A stretch of 64,000 bases of DNA from Bacteroidota bacterium (GTDB lineage: Bacteria > Bacteroidota > Bacteroidia > Bacteroidales > UBA10428). Positions 47,797-57,890 of this stretch are shown here, piece by piece. Location of the stretch: the NCBI GenBank assembly GCA_003252385.1, contig QKEH01000008.1:7967-71966 (forward strand), read 5' to 3'. Below the pieces are notes generated by a model. The model did not search any database. It saw nothing but the letters and a program-made list of their open reading frames with translations, and was not told the origin of the DNA. Position 1 is the stretch's first letter. Every line of letters starts with the position of its first letter. Made by a program: the position numbers and the translations under genes.

Positions 47797-48468
47797 ATGA
47801 GTGTGCAAGCAATAAAGGACTTTCTACATACGCATCGGTGGTTTATATTACCCTATGCGCTATTCCTGATTTTGGCAGGAAGCCTCCAGCTCTTCGTACC
47901 CAAACCCGATCTGCACCTGCAACTCAACCGATGGCACTCCCCGGCATTCGACCTGTTCTTTAAAACCATTACCCTGCTGGGAGATGGCAGCGTACCCTTT
48001 GTTGCCGCTACAGTGCTAGCTGTTTTTTCATTCCGTAAAGCCATTCAGATTGGTCTGTCAGGAGCCGTTTCCGGTCTTCTGGCTCAGTTCCTGAAACGGT
48101 TCATCTTTACAGACATTGTACGCCCCTCGGTTTGGTTTGGCAATACGCCGGATTTTCACTGGGTGTCAGGTATTGATCTGCATGCAGCATTTAGTTTTCC
48201 CTCGGGACACGCGGCTACCATTTTCTCGCTGTGTGTTGGCATCATGCTTTTCTCAGCTGCTCCTGCCCGCAAATTATCCTGCTTTTTCATAGCGCTTCTG
48301 GTTGCCTATTCGCGGGTTTACCTTTCACAACATTTTTTAATCGACATCTACTTTGGTTCTTTGCTTGGTGTTCTGATTACCATTTTGATCTACCTGTGGA
48401 TGGAGAAAAAGCGTGCTGCATTTCTTGATACGTCCATTCTTCAACTTATTAATAAATCCAGGCCATGA
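47797..48468 (+). CDS. PAP2-family phosphatase (membrane)
   Basis: Acid phosphatase motifs PSGH and SRVYLSQHF..D in a multi-TM protein. The start was chosen at the ATG at 47797. Confidence 0.75.
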   Translation: MSVQAIKDFLHTHRWFILPYALFLILAGSLQLFVPKPDLHLQLNRWHSPAFDLFFKTITLLGDGSVPFVAATVLAVFSFRKAIQIGLSGAVSGLLAQFLKRFIFTDIVRPSVWFGNTPDFHWVSGIDLHAAFSFPSGHAATIFSLCVGIMLFSAAPARKLSCFFIALLVAYSRVYLSQHFLIDIYFGSLLGVLITILIYLWMEKKRAAFLDTSILQLINKSRP

Positions 48469-50126
48469 TGAATCGAAAAGACCTAACCCTCCAACTTTGT
48501 CTGGCTCTGGGTGCAGCCTTGCTGTTTATCCCCTTTCTGGGTAAGGTACACCTGTTTGACTGGGATGAAATCAATTTTGCGGAATCGGCCCGCGAAATGA
48601 TTGCCTCAGGTGATTACCAGACTGTCCGAATCTTTTTTGAGCCATTCTGGGAAAAGCCGCCCCTGTTTATCTGGCTGCAGGTTCTGGCGCTAAAACTTTT
48701 TGGGATTAATGAATTTGCTGCCCGTTTTCCCAATGCTATTTGCGGAATTCTTACCCTGCTTGTGCTATATAATTTGGGCAAAAAACTTTACAATCCTAAA
48801 TTTGGACTGATATGGGCCTTTGCCTATTGCAGTTCCATTCTACCCTTCTTCTATTTCAAATCGGGCATTATAGATCCATGGTTCAACCTGTTCATCTTTT
48901 TAGGCGTTTACTTTTGGGTGCAGGCTATGGATACCGAATCTGCATTGCGCAAATACCGAAATGCCATACTTTCAGCAGCGGCCATTGGCCTGGCCATGCT
49001 CACTAAAGGGCCGGTTTCCGTATTGGTCTTTGGCTTGGTGGTAGCAGCCCTCTTTCTTTTTAACGGGCTACGCATTGGATTAAATTGGAAACAACTTAGC
49101 ACCTTTATCTTGACTCTTCTGATAGTGGGTGGTTTTTGGTTTATCCTGATGGCTCTTTCGGGCAATTTCGAAATTATACAAGATTTCATTGTATACCAGG
49201 TTCGTCTTTTTAAAACCCAGGATGCAGGTCATGGCGGGTTTCCGCTCTATCACTTTATTATCCTGCTTTTTGGTGTTTTTCCGGCATCGGTATTTTCGAT
49301 CCTGGGACACAAATACGTGGGCGAACGTGATCTCCGGAAAGTGATGCACCTGGCTATGATCAGTCTGCTTTGGATTGTTCTTCTCCTTTTTTCCATCGTT
49401 AAAACGAAAATTGTCCATTATTCCAGTCTCACCTACTTCCCCATAACCTATCTGGCCAGCTATTCGGTTTACCAGCTACTGGAAGGCAAGTTCCGCTTCA
49501 GGGGTTGGTTAAAAGTGATGCTGGCAATAACCGGCAGTGTTCCGGCCCTGCTTATAACCGCATTGCCAGTTTTTGGCATGTACCGTCTCAAGCTCATCGA
49601 ACGGGGAATCATAACGCACCCTTTTACTGCCGGAAATCTGCAGGCCAACCCGGAATGGCCGCTCCTGTATTCCCTGGTGGGATTGCTGCTTCTAGCCGGA
49701 GTGTGGGTAGCTGCCTATGGTTTTAAAAAAGACCTCCACCGAAAATTCCACACCCTGTTGATTACTTCGCTGGCCTTTATTTTTCTCTCCATCACGCTTT
49801 TCACTCCGGGAGCCGAGCGGATATCACAAAAGGCTGCCATTGATTTCATTAAGGAAAAAGCCCGGGAAGACGTTTATATTCATTCCTTCTACAAGAGCTA
49901 TGCGGTTCTTTTTTACAGCAACCGGGGGATACCCGATGATAAGCGTGCATTTTCGACCCAATGGCTTACCTCCAAAGAGATTGATAAGGATGCCTATTTT
50001 GTAATGCGAATTGACAAGAAAGCGGAAATTCTGAACCGTTACCCAAATATTGAAGTTTTGTATGAAAAGAATGGCTATGTTTTTGCTGTAAACCATGCCC
50101 ATAACCAAGAAATAATTGCACCATGA
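48465..50126 (+). CDS. GT39/ArnT-like membrane glycosyltransferase (polyprenyl-phosphate sugar dependent)
   Basis: A ~13-TM protein whose N-terminal loop carries DWDEINFAESAREM and PPLFIW, typical of the ArnT/PMT family. It overlaps the PAP2 gene as ATGA. Confidence 0.75.
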   Translation: MMNRKDLTLQLCLALGAALLFIPFLGKVHLFDWDEINFAESAREMIASGDYQTVRIFFEPFWEKPPLFIWLQVLALKLFGINEFAARFPNAICGILTLLVLYNLGKKLYNPKFGLIWAFAYCSSILPFFYFKSGIIDPWFNLFIFLGVYFWVQAMDTESALRKYRNAILSAAAIGLAMLTKGPVSVLVFGLVVAALFLFNGLRIGLNWKQLSTFILTLLIVGGFWFILMALSGNFEIIQDFIVYQVRLFKTQDAGHGGFPLYHFIILLFGVFPASVFSILGHKYVGERDLRKVMHLAMISLLWIVLLLFSIVKTKIVHYSSLTYFPITYLASYSVYQLLEGKFRFRGWLKVMLAITGSVPALLITALPVFGMYRLKLIERGIITHPFTAGNLQANPEWPLLYSLVGLLLLAGVWVAAYGFKKDLHRKFHTLLITSLAFIFLSITLFTPGAERISQKAAIDFIKEKAREDVYIHSFYKSYAVLFYSNRGIPDDKRAFSTQWLTSKEIDKDAYFVMRIDKKAEILNRYPNIEVLYEKNGYVFAVNHAHNQEIIAP

Positions 50127-50872
50127 TTAAGGACAAGAAAATAGCGGTAGTACTCCCTGCGTACAATGCGGAACAAACCTTGGAAATTACCTACAACGAA
50201 ATACCATTCGACATTGTGGACGAAGTGATACTGGTGGACGATAAAAGCCGTGACCAAACCGTGGCTAAAGCCCGGGAGCTTGGTATCAAACACATTGTTA
50301 CCCACACAGTTAATAAGGGCTATGGGGGCAACCAGAAATCGTGTTATAACAAAGCGCTTGAAATTGGAGCCGATATTGTTGTCATGCTTCATCCCGATTA
50401 CCAATACACTCCAAAGCTGATTCATTCAATTTGTTACCTGATGGCCAACGATGTGTACGAGGTGGTGCTCGGATCGCGCATATTGGGTAAAGGAGCCTTG
50501 AAAGGCGGAATGCCGATTTATAAATACATTGCTAACCGACTGCTCACCCTGGGTCAAAACCTACTGATGAACCAAAAACTCTCGGAGTACCATACCGGGT
50601 ACCGTGCCTTCACCCGCAAGGTTCTGGAAAGTATCAATTACAACGTGAATTCCGACGACTTTGTATTCGACAATCAAATGCTGGCTCAAATATTCTTTGC
50701 CGGTTTTGAGATTGCCGAAATCACCTGTCCAACGAAGTATTTCGAAGAGGCCTCGTCCATAAACATTCGCCGGAGTGCCATTTACGGGCTGGGAGTGATT
50801 GGTGTGTCGTTTCAATATTTTCTGGCAAAAGGCGGATTGATGAAGAGCAAACTCTTTCAACCGGTAAAATAA
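50123..50872 (+). CDS. GT2 glycosyltransferase, polyprenyl-phosphate sugar synthase-like (ArnC/DPM1-like)
   Basis: Carries IAVVLPAYNAE...ILVDD.S.D.T and the HPDYQY (DxD-like) region. It overlaps the GT39 gene as ATGA. Confidence 0.75.
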   Translation: MIKDKKIAVVLPAYNAEQTLEITYNEIPFDIVDEVILVDDKSRDQTVAKARELGIKHIVTHTVNKGYGGNQKSCYNKALEIGADIVVMLHPDYQYTPKLIHSICYLMANDVYEVVLGSRILGKGALKGGMPIYKYIANRLLTLGQNLLMNQKLSEYHTGYRAFTRKVLESINYNVNSDDFVFDNQMLAQIFFAGFEIAEITCPTKYFEEASSINIRRSAIYGLGVIGVSFQYFLAKGGLMKSKLFQPVK

Positions 50873-50882
50873 AAGCAATTTT

Positions 50883-51395
50883 ATGTGGAGCAACCCCAAA
50901 AAACGATTAGCCCGGGCCTTTCTTCTAACCTGTCTGCTATTTATTGCCAACCTGCTCATTTCCCAGGAACAAATAACCCTGGACGAAACCCAGCCCGAAT
51001 TTGCCGAACTGGCATCCCTGGCTCGCGACTTTCTGCCCGGCCATACCAAGGCACAGGTAGGTATAGGGCTCGACTGTTCCGGTTATGTATGCAATGTGTA
51101 CGGACACTTCGGAATTAAATTGCCTCGCACATCGCAGCAACAGTATCGGTATTGCACGCCTATACCTCGCGAAGAACTCCAACCCGGCGATTTGGTTTTT
51201 TTCATAACCCGGGGCAAACAAATATCGCATGTTGGATTGTGTATGAGCGACAGTTCTTTTATCCATTCGCCCGGAAAAGGTAAAATGGTTCGTGAAGAAT
51301 TACTCTCCGGAAGCTACTACTCCAAGCGGTTTTATTCCGGAGGAAGAATTATGTTTACCCCTCCAAAAGATACTGAAACTTCCATAAGTAACTAA
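50883..51395 (+). CDS. NlpC/P60 (C40) cell-wall peptidase
   Basis: Catalytic Cys context GLDCSGYVCNVY and His context GDLVFF...ISHVGL. Confidence 0.8.
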   Translation: MWSNPKKRLARAFLLTCLLFIANLLISQEQITLDETQPEFAELASLARDFLPGHTKAQVGIGLDCSGYVCNVYGHFGIKLPRTSQQQYRYCTPIPREELQPGDLVFFITRGKQISHVGLCMSDSSFIHSPGKGKMVREELLSGSYYSKRFYSGGRIMFTPPKDTETSISN

Positions 51396-51469
51396 ATGGA
51401 TTCCCCGGAAGGTTCACAACCAGTTACGATTGGAAGGATTCGTCCAGATGTTAATCTTAAAACAAACCG

Positions 51470-52540
51470 ATGAAACAACTCATTGTACTGCTTGGCTTCG
51501 CGGGAATTCTGGTTTCCTGCTCACCTAAAAGTGAAAGTCAGCCGAAAGTAAAGAATGTTATTCTCCTGATTGGCGATGGCATGGGAACCAGCCAGATTTT
51601 TGCCGGTATTACCGCCAACAAAGGCCAGCTAAACCTGGAACGTGCCCAGTATGTAGGCTTCTCGAAGACCCAGTCCGCCAGTCACTACACCACCGACTCG
51701 GGTGCCGGTGGTACTGCTATTTCCACCGGCTCTAAAACGAACAACGGAACCATAGGTATGGATACTGCAGGCAAACCCCTGCCCAATATGATCGAACTGA
51801 GCGAAGCCAAAGGACTTTCTACCGGACTGGTTGCCACCAGCAGCATTACCCATGCAACGCCGGCCTCGTTCATTGCACACCAACTCAGCCGGAACGACGA
51901 ACCCGAGATTGCCAGACAGTTTCCGGGAAGCGGCATTGATATTTTTATTGGCGGGGGACACAGCTACTTTGCCGACAGCATGAATGTGATTCAGCAGTTG
52001 CTAAACAACGGTTACCGAATGGTGAACCAGGTGTCCGATATTGACCCGGACGATTCGCTCCCAATCGGTTGTTTGGCGGCCGATATAGCTCTGCCCACTG
52101 CACTGGAAGGCCGGGGCGATTACCTGCTCCAGGCTACGAAAAAGGCCATGGCCAAACTGGCTCACAATCCGGCAGGTTTTTTTTTAATGGTCGAAGGTTC
52201 TCAAATTGACTGGGCCGGACACAGTAACGACATTCAATATCTAACGTCCGAAATGATCGATTTCGACCAGGCGGTGGGTGCGGCATTCGATTTTGCCGAT
52301 TCCCATCCCGGAACGCTGGTAATCGTAACGGCCGATCACGAAACCGGTGGCTTGTCGTTACCCAACGGAAACCTGTCCGAAGGAACTCTGGAAGCGAAAT
52401 TCTCCACTGACTACCATACGGGCGTAATGGTGCCTGTGTTTGCGTATGGCACCGGAGCTAATTGCTTTGCCGGAATATATCAGAACACCGGCATTTTTGA
52501 CCGAATGGTGGAAGCCTTACAACTGCATGAAACTCCTTAA
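51470..52540 (+). CDS. alkaline phosphatase (PhoA family) lipoprotein
   Basis: Lipobox ILVSCS. Motifs IGDGMG, TDSGAGGTA (nucleophile Ser), DWAGH and TADHETGG. Confidence 0.88.
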   Translation: MKQLIVLLGFAGILVSCSPKSESQPKVKNVILLIGDGMGTSQIFAGITANKGQLNLERAQYVGFSKTQSASHYTTDSGAGGTAISTGSKTNNGTIGMDTAGKPLPNMIELSEAKGLSTGLVATSSITHATPASFIAHQLSRNDEPEIARQFPGSGIDIFIGGGHSYFADSMNVIQQLLNNGYRMVNQVSDIDPDDSLPIGCLAADIALPTALEGRGDYLLQATKKAMAKLAHNPAGFFLMVEGSQIDWAGHSNDIQYLTSEMIDFDQAVGAAFDFADSHPGTLVIVTADHETGGLSLPNGNLSEGTLEAKFSTDYHTGVMVPVFAYGTGANCFAGIYQNTGIFDRMVEALQLHETP

Positions 52541-53399
52541 GTTTGGGCAGGCTCTGCTTATAGTTGCAACCACCGCCTGTGCCGGCAATCCGGGTACAAC
52601 CGATTCGTACCGCATGGTGCTCACCAAACAATCTACTCTGCCGCACGAGGTGTACGAAAGCTCCGGAATAGCCCTTTACCGGGGACTCCTGTGGAGTTTT
52701 AACGACAGCGGCAACGATCCGGAGCTGTTCGGGATAGATACCACCAGCTGGAAAATTGCTATACGGATCACCCTGACCCATGGAACCAACAACGATTGGG
52801 AAGATCTTGCTCAGGACGATCGGTATTTCTACATAGGCGATTTTGGGAACAATTTCGGCAATCGTCGCAACCTGTGCATTTACCGGTTGGCAAAAGATGC
52901 AATCGGTGAAGTCGCTAAACAAACCCTTTCGGCCGACAGCCTGACCTTTCGGTACTCCGATCAGTACAACTTTTCCGAAGCCCCTTACGCCACAGCATTC
53001 GATTGCGAAGCCATGTACTGTTTGGGCGATTCGCTCTACCTGGTTACCAAAGACTGGGTAAGCAGAAAGGGTATGCTTTACCGGTTGCCGAAAGCTCCCG
53101 GCCAATACGTGGCTCTGCCGACTGCCGGCATTCAACTCGAAGGATTGATTACCGGCGCCGATTACAACCCGCAAACCCGGGAACTGGTGGTCTGCGGATC
53201 GGACGACTTCACTCCTTTTGTTCGGTGCTACGAGCAATTTCGGATTCAAAAAAACACTCTTGCACCCATCCATGAGTTGCTGCTTCCTTCGCTGTACAGG
53301 GTACAAATTGAAGGCATTGTCCTTTTGGAAAACCGCATTCTTCTAAGCTGCGAAGAATCGGAACTTCCACAATCCATCTTCGAAGTGGTGATGCAGTAA
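52527..53399 (+). CDS. hypothetical lipoprotein, probably beta-propeller
   Basis: Signal/lipobox MKLLKFGQALLIVATTACAG. It overlaps the phosphatase stop by 14 nt. SGIA...FNDSGN...DWEDLA...GDFGNN resembles SdiA-regulated/phytase-like propeller families, a low-certainty match. Confidence 0.5.
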   Translation: MKLLKFGQALLIVATTACAGNPGTTDSYRMVLTKQSTLPHEVYESSGIALYRGLLWSFNDSGNDPELFGIDTTSWKIAIRITLTHGTNNDWEDLAQDDRYFYIGDFGNNFGNRRNLCIYRLAKDAIGEVAKQTLSADSLTFRYSDQYNFSEAPYATAFDCEAMYCLGDSLYLVTKDWVSRKGMLYRLPKAPGQYVALPTAGIQLEGLITGADYNPQTRELVVCGSDDFTPFVRCYEQFRIQKNTLAPIHELLLPSLYRVQIEGIVLLENRILLSCEESELPQSIFEVVMQ

Positions 53400-53454
53400 C
53401 ATTTTACGAGGTACTTCCGGGGGTTTTTAGTAATTTCATGCGAAAAAGCTGCTC

Positions 53455-55368
53455 ATGCTGCGATTTCTTCTTCTTTTACTTCTCCCCGGAACGATGCTGG
53501 CACAGCACCAGATGAAAACCGAATCGACCAAAGCCATAAAGGCCTACGATGAAGCTATGGCATTCTATCGTCAGGATCAATTCTTAATGGCCGAACGCTC
53601 CCTCCAACAAGCCATTAAAGCCGACAGCAACTTTCAGAATGCTTACCTGGTATTGGCCGAGGTGTACTGGGACATGGAACATTACGGTTTGGCTATTTCT
53701 GCCTATGACAAAGGATTGTCGCTCGATCCGTCTTTCTATCCCATGGGGTATTATAATAAAGGAAAACTGGAACGACAAACCGGCCGGTACGATGAAGCAG
53801 TGCAAAGTTACCAAACCTACCTGGAGCTGGCACCCCAGGACAGCAAATACATTGATCAGGCCAAACAAGGTATTGCGCATGCCCGCTTTGCCCAATGGGC
53901 AGTTGCGCACCCGGTAAATTTTACCCCGGTAAATTTGGGCCCCAATGTAAATACCCGCTCCGATGAATATTGGCCATCGCTATCGGCCGACGAGCAAACC
54001 CTAATTATTACCCGCAAAGTAGAGCAGTACGATCTGACCCTGGGGAGTACAGCCCAGGAAGATTTCTTTATCAGCCATTTTGAAAACGGAAGCTGGCAAC
54101 CCATGAAGAATGCCGGGCTACCACTGAACACCCCCGACAACGAAGGAGCCCAATCCATATCGGCCGACGGGCGCTATATGGTGTACACCGTTTGTAACCG
54201 CAAAGGAGTAATTGGACGCTGCGATATTTTTTACTCCGAAAAACAGGGCGAGCAATGGAGCACTCCCAAGAATCTGGGCCCGGTGATCAACTCTGCCGCA
54301 AAAGAAACCCAGCCCAGTCTGAGCCCCGATGGCCGCACCCTGTATTTTGCCAGTAACCGCCCCGGGGGCAAGGGCAACCTCGACCTGTGGATGAGTACCC
54401 GAAATCAGGAAGGAGAATGGAGCGCACCGGTGAATCTGGGCGATACCATTAATACCCCCGAAGACGAGATGTCCCCTTTTATTCATCACGACAACACTAC
54501 CCTTTTTTTTGCCTCCAATTACCATCCCGGCATGGGCGGTTTCGACCTTTTTCGAGCTCGGCGCAATGCCCAGGGAAAATTCGATACCGTGACCAACCTC
54601 GGTTACCCCATAAATACTGCAGGCGACGAAATGGGGCTCATTGTAAATGCCAAAGGAAACCGGGCGTACTACTCCTCCAATACCGACCCCACCCAGGGGC
54701 GCGACATTTTCGAGTTCGATCTGCCTGAGGCTCTGCAACCCGACGAAGTAACCTACATGAAAGGAAAGGTATTTGATGACAGTACCCGGGTTCGGTTAGA
54801 AGCCGCCTTTGAATTGTACGATCTGACCACGGGAATGCTGATCAGCCAGTCGCAATCCGACCAGCTTACAGGCGAATTCCTGCTATGTATCCCTACCAAC
54901 CGCAACTACATGTTAAATGTAGAACGTAAGGGCTATCTGTTTTATTCTGATAATTTTGCTCTGGAAGGCATTCACCATCTCGACAAACCCTACCTAAAGG
55001 ATGTTCCGCTGCAACCCATTGTTGCGGGTAAAACTGTGGTGCTTAAAAACATTTTCTACCAAACGGATTCGTATGCCTTGCTCCCCGAATCGACCCTGGA
55101 ACTGGATAAAACCGTTGATTTTCTCAAACTTAATCCAGGCATACGAGTGGAGATAAGTGGCCATACCGATAATGTGGGCGCTACGGAATACAATAAAGCC
55201 CTTTCGGAAAAACGAGCACAAACCGTTGTACACTATCTGGCCGACCATGGCATTGCCCTGGAACGATTGAAAGCCAACGGATACGGCATGAGCAAACCCA
55301 TTGACAGCAACAGCACCCCCGAAGGTCGCGCTAACAACAGACGTACCGAGTTAAAAGTATTGAAGTAA
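53455..55368 (+). CDS. OmpA-family protein with N-terminal TPR and TolB-like (PD40) beta-propeller repeats
   Basis: PD40-type repeats (E.WPSLSADE, E.QPSLSPDGRTLYFASNR, DEMSPFIHHD..TLFFASN). The C-terminal OmpA domain carries F..DS..L, GHTDN.G....N..LS..RA and NRRTE. Confidence 0.85.
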   Translation: MLRFLLLLLLPGTMLAQHQMKTESTKAIKAYDEAMAFYRQDQFLMAERSLQQAIKADSNFQNAYLVLAEVYWDMEHYGLAISAYDKGLSLDPSFYPMGYYNKGKLERQTGRYDEAVQSYQTYLELAPQDSKYIDQAKQGIAHARFAQWAVAHPVNFTPVNLGPNVNTRSDEYWPSLSADEQTLIITRKVEQYDLTLGSTAQEDFFISHFENGSWQPMKNAGLPLNTPDNEGAQSISADGRYMVYTVCNRKGVIGRCDIFYSEKQGEQWSTPKNLGPVINSAAKETQPSLSPDGRTLYFASNRPGGKGNLDLWMSTRNQEGEWSAPVNLGDTINTPEDEMSPFIHHDNTTLFFASNYHPGMGGFDLFRARRNAQGKFDTVTNLGYPINTAGDEMGLIVNAKGNRAYYSSNTDPTQGRDIFEFDLPEALQPDEVTYMKGKVFDDSTRVRLEAAFELYDLTTGMLISQSQSDQLTGEFLLCIPTNRNYMLNVERKGYLFYSDNFALEGIHHLDKPYLKDVPLQPIVAGKTVVLKNIFYQTDSYALLPESTLELDKTVDFLKLNPGIRVEISGHTDNVGATEYNKALSEKRAQTVVHYLADHGIALERLKANGYGMSKPIDSNSTPEGRANNRRTELKVLK

Positions 55369-55531
55369 CAGACAAGATGAATGCAGTAGCTCTATGCATT
55401 GTTGGCTCCAACTTACGGAAAATAACCCGGATGCTTCAAAATACCCTCTGCCATCCAAATAGCTGAAATTCAGGATCGAATATTAAAGGAAGAAATGTAT
55501 ATTTATCTATCATTCAAACACACAAAACCCC

Positions 55532-55984
55532 ATGAATTATCAAGCTGTTCTTTCTGATCCAACCGTGCTGTGGTTTCTGGCGGGATTGGGTCTTATGCTA
55601 CTCGAAATGGCTGTTCCCGGTCTTGTTCTTATCTTTTTTGGTGTAGGAGCATGGATTACCTCACTGTGCAACTACCTTTTCAGCCCTTCCGTCAACATCC
55701 AGTTACTCATCTTCTTTGTAAGCTCCATTGCCATACTGGCTCTGTTACGCAGACAATTGCGCTCGCGATTCTTTAACGAAATAAAGGAACAAAACGACTT
55801 CCTGAATGATGAATTTATAGGCCGGCTGGCGGTGGCCGAAACTGAAATTGGCCCGGGTAAAGAAGGCAAAGTAACCTTTAAAGGAACCCTTTGGACTGCC
55901 CGCAGCGTGGATGAAATAAAACCCGGACAAACCGTTGAGATCATCGATACCGAAAGTATCTGTTTACTTGTAAAACCTAAATAA
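55532..55984 (+). CDS. NfeD-family membrane protein
   Basis: Two to three N-terminal TM helices and a C-terminal OB-like domain (GKVTFKGTLWTARS...GQTVEIIDTE). It lies immediately upstream of the SPFH gene. Confidence 0.8.
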   Translation: MNYQAVLSDPTVLWFLAGLGLMLLEMAVPGLVLIFFGVGAWITSLCNYLFSPSVNIQLLIFFVSSIAILALLRRQLRSRFFNEIKEQNDFLNDEFIGRLAVAETEIGPGKEGKVTFKGTLWTARSVDEIKPGQTVEIIDTESICLLVKPK

Positions 55985-55991
55985 TAGAAAC

Positions 55992-56921
55992 ATGATGAAT
56001 GCAAACACCATCCTTATGGCAGGGCTAGTTTTCCTGCTTTTTATTATCTTATTATCGAATCTTAAAATAGTGCCGCAACGTTCGGCCTTTATCGTGGAAA
56101 GGCTGGGTAAATATCAGGCAACCATGCAGGCCGGCTTTCATGTACTGATTCCATTTATCGACCGGGTACGTTACAAACATTCGTTAAAAGAGCAGGCCAT
56201 AGATGTTGCCTCGCAAAGTTGCATTACCAAAGATAATATTGCGGTTGAGGTAGACGGTATCCTCTACCTGCAGGTCATTGACCCACAAAAAGCTTCGTAT
56301 GGAATTGACGATTATCAATTTGCTTCCATCCAAATTGCGCAAACCACCATGCGGAGCGTAATTGGGAAAATGGAACTGGATAAAACCTTTGAAGAACGCG
56401 ACAACATCAACAATACCATTGTCACTGCGGTAGACAAAGCCAGCGACCCGTGGGGTGTTAAAGTAAGCCGCTACGAAGTAAAAAACATCACCCCTCCGCA
56501 AAGTATTAAAGATGCCATGGAGAAACAAATGCGTGCCGAACGGGAAAAACGAGCCATGATTGCCGAATCGGAAGGCGCCAAACAAGCCAAGATAAACGTG
56601 GCCGACGGGGACAAACAGGAACTGATCAAACGTTCGGAAGGTGAAAAGCAACGACGAATCAACGAAGCCCAGGGGCGGGCTGCCGAAATTCAGGAAGTGG
56701 CACAAGCCACTGCAAACGGTATCCGGGCCATTGCCGATGCTATCGGGGCTCAAAACGGCATCGACGCAGTGAACCTGCGCATTGCCGAGCAATATCTGAC
56801 CGAATTCGGAAAACTTGCCCAAACCAATAACTCCATGATCATTCCCTCCGACCTGTCGGATGTGGCTGGTATGATTGCGGCTGCCTCGACAGTGTTTGAC
56901 AGAACCAAGAGCAAATCCTAA
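55992..56921 (+). CDS. SPFH/band-7 (stomatin/paraslipin-like) protein
   Basis: N-terminal TM helix, then IVPQRSAFIVERLGKY...TKDN..V.VD..L...V.DP, a coiled-coil segment AEREKRA.I..SEG and a QAKINVA region. Confidence 0.88.
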   Translation: MMNANTILMAGLVFLLFIILLSNLKIVPQRSAFIVERLGKYQATMQAGFHVLIPFIDRVRYKHSLKEQAIDVASQSCITKDNIAVEVDGILYLQVIDPQKASYGIDDYQFASIQIAQTTMRSVIGKMELDKTFEERDNINNTIVTAVDKASDPWGVKVSRYEVKNITPPQSIKDAMEKQMRAEREKRAMIAESEGAKQAKINVADGDKQELIKRSEGEKQRRINEAQGRAAEIQEVAQATANGIRAIADAIGAQNGIDAVNLRIAEQYLTEFGKLAQTNNSMIIPSDLSDVAGMIAAASTVFDRTKSKS

Positions 56922-57030
56922 AACCATAGCGAAGCGGATGCCCAAAATTGTATCCGGATGACTCAGATCCGCATAATAACTTTTGGGCAGCCGCTTCTTT
57001 CAACTACCTATCACTCAAAACTCATCTCCC

Positions 57031-57567
57031 ATGATCGAAACCCTCGGCAAAAACCTCTGGATACTACTAACCATCCTTTTCCCGGGACTGTTTACTTACG
57101 GTGCCTGGCGCTTACTGCTTCTGCTCTGCCCCAGCACAGTCCTGGCGATGGATGCCTTCTCCTATATCGACGAATCGGGCATCATTACCCTAAGCATTAT
57201 TATGGCCATTGCCCTGATGCAGCAAGCCGTGGGTATTAGCATAGAATATCTGTTGTCGCTTATTGCAAAAAAACAAGCACGTAACCAAAGTACTTTCTAC
57301 CGTCTGTTCTGGGAACGCTTCGCGTTGGCTTCTACCGGGCAGTTGAGTGAGAATGGTACCCGGATTATTGGCAACTTCTTTTTGTCCATTAACATCTTTG
57401 TGGGCTTGTGTATGCTATTGATCTACTTTTGCTACTACGAGAATTTGCCCCGCAACCATTGGGTTGCCATCACCTTAACTTTCTTTGTTGCGGCGAACCT
57501 CCTGGTTATTATTTTTCGTTTGCAAAATGCCCTCAGTGTCATTCAAGCTATTCCTAAGAAACAATAA
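57031..57567 (+). CDS. hypothetical integral membrane protein (4 TM)
   Basis: Hydrophobic segments only. The start was chosen at the ATG at 57031. Confidence 0.45.
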   Translation: MIETLGKNLWILLTILFPGLFTYGAWRLLLLLCPSTVLAMDAFSYIDESGIITLSIIMAIALMQQAVGISIEYLLSLIAKKQARNQSTFYRLFWERFALASTGQLSENGTRIIGNFFLSINIFVGLCMLLIYFCYYENLPRNHWVAITLTFFVAANLLVIIFRLQNALSVIQAIPKKQ

Positions 57568-57572
57568 GTCCG

Positions 57573-57890
57573 ATGAACCCTTTTCTAATTGCAGTACTCA
57601 TAGGCCTTGCAGCCGGAACCATCGATGTATTTCCCATGCTTTTGATGAAACTGGATAAAACGGCCTGTATTTCAGCCTTCCTGCATTACCTGGTATTGGG
57701 TATGCTTATTCCATTTGTTAATTGGGATCTGGCTCCGGCAGTCAAAGGTATCTTAATTTCCATGCTGTCGGCTCTGCCGGTACTGGCGCTTCAACTGCCC
57801 AAGGATAAAAAGTCGGCAGTGCCCATTGTCCTTTTTTCCATAGCCCTGGGTGCAGCTATTGGCTGGGCTGGCTCCCGGTTTATTATTTAG
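57573..57890 (+). CDS. hypothetical small integral membrane protein (4 TM, 105 aa)
   Basis: Four hydrophobic helices. It starts 6 nt after the preceding gene. Confidence 0.45.
   Translation: MNPFLIAVLIGLAAGTIDVFPMLLMKLDKTACISAFLHYLVLGMLIPFVNWDLAPAVKGILISMLSALPVLALQLPKDKKSAVPIVLFSIALGAAIGWAGSRFII

Noticed and set aside
52458-53306. A 282-aa ORF antisense to the lipoprotein gene 52527..53399
   Set aside because: The plus-strand frame has a lipobox signal and is translationally coupled to the phosphatase. The antisense frame is featureless.
56184-56945. A 253-aa ORF antisense to the SPFH gene
   Set aside because: A shadow ORF opposite a well-supported band-7 gene.
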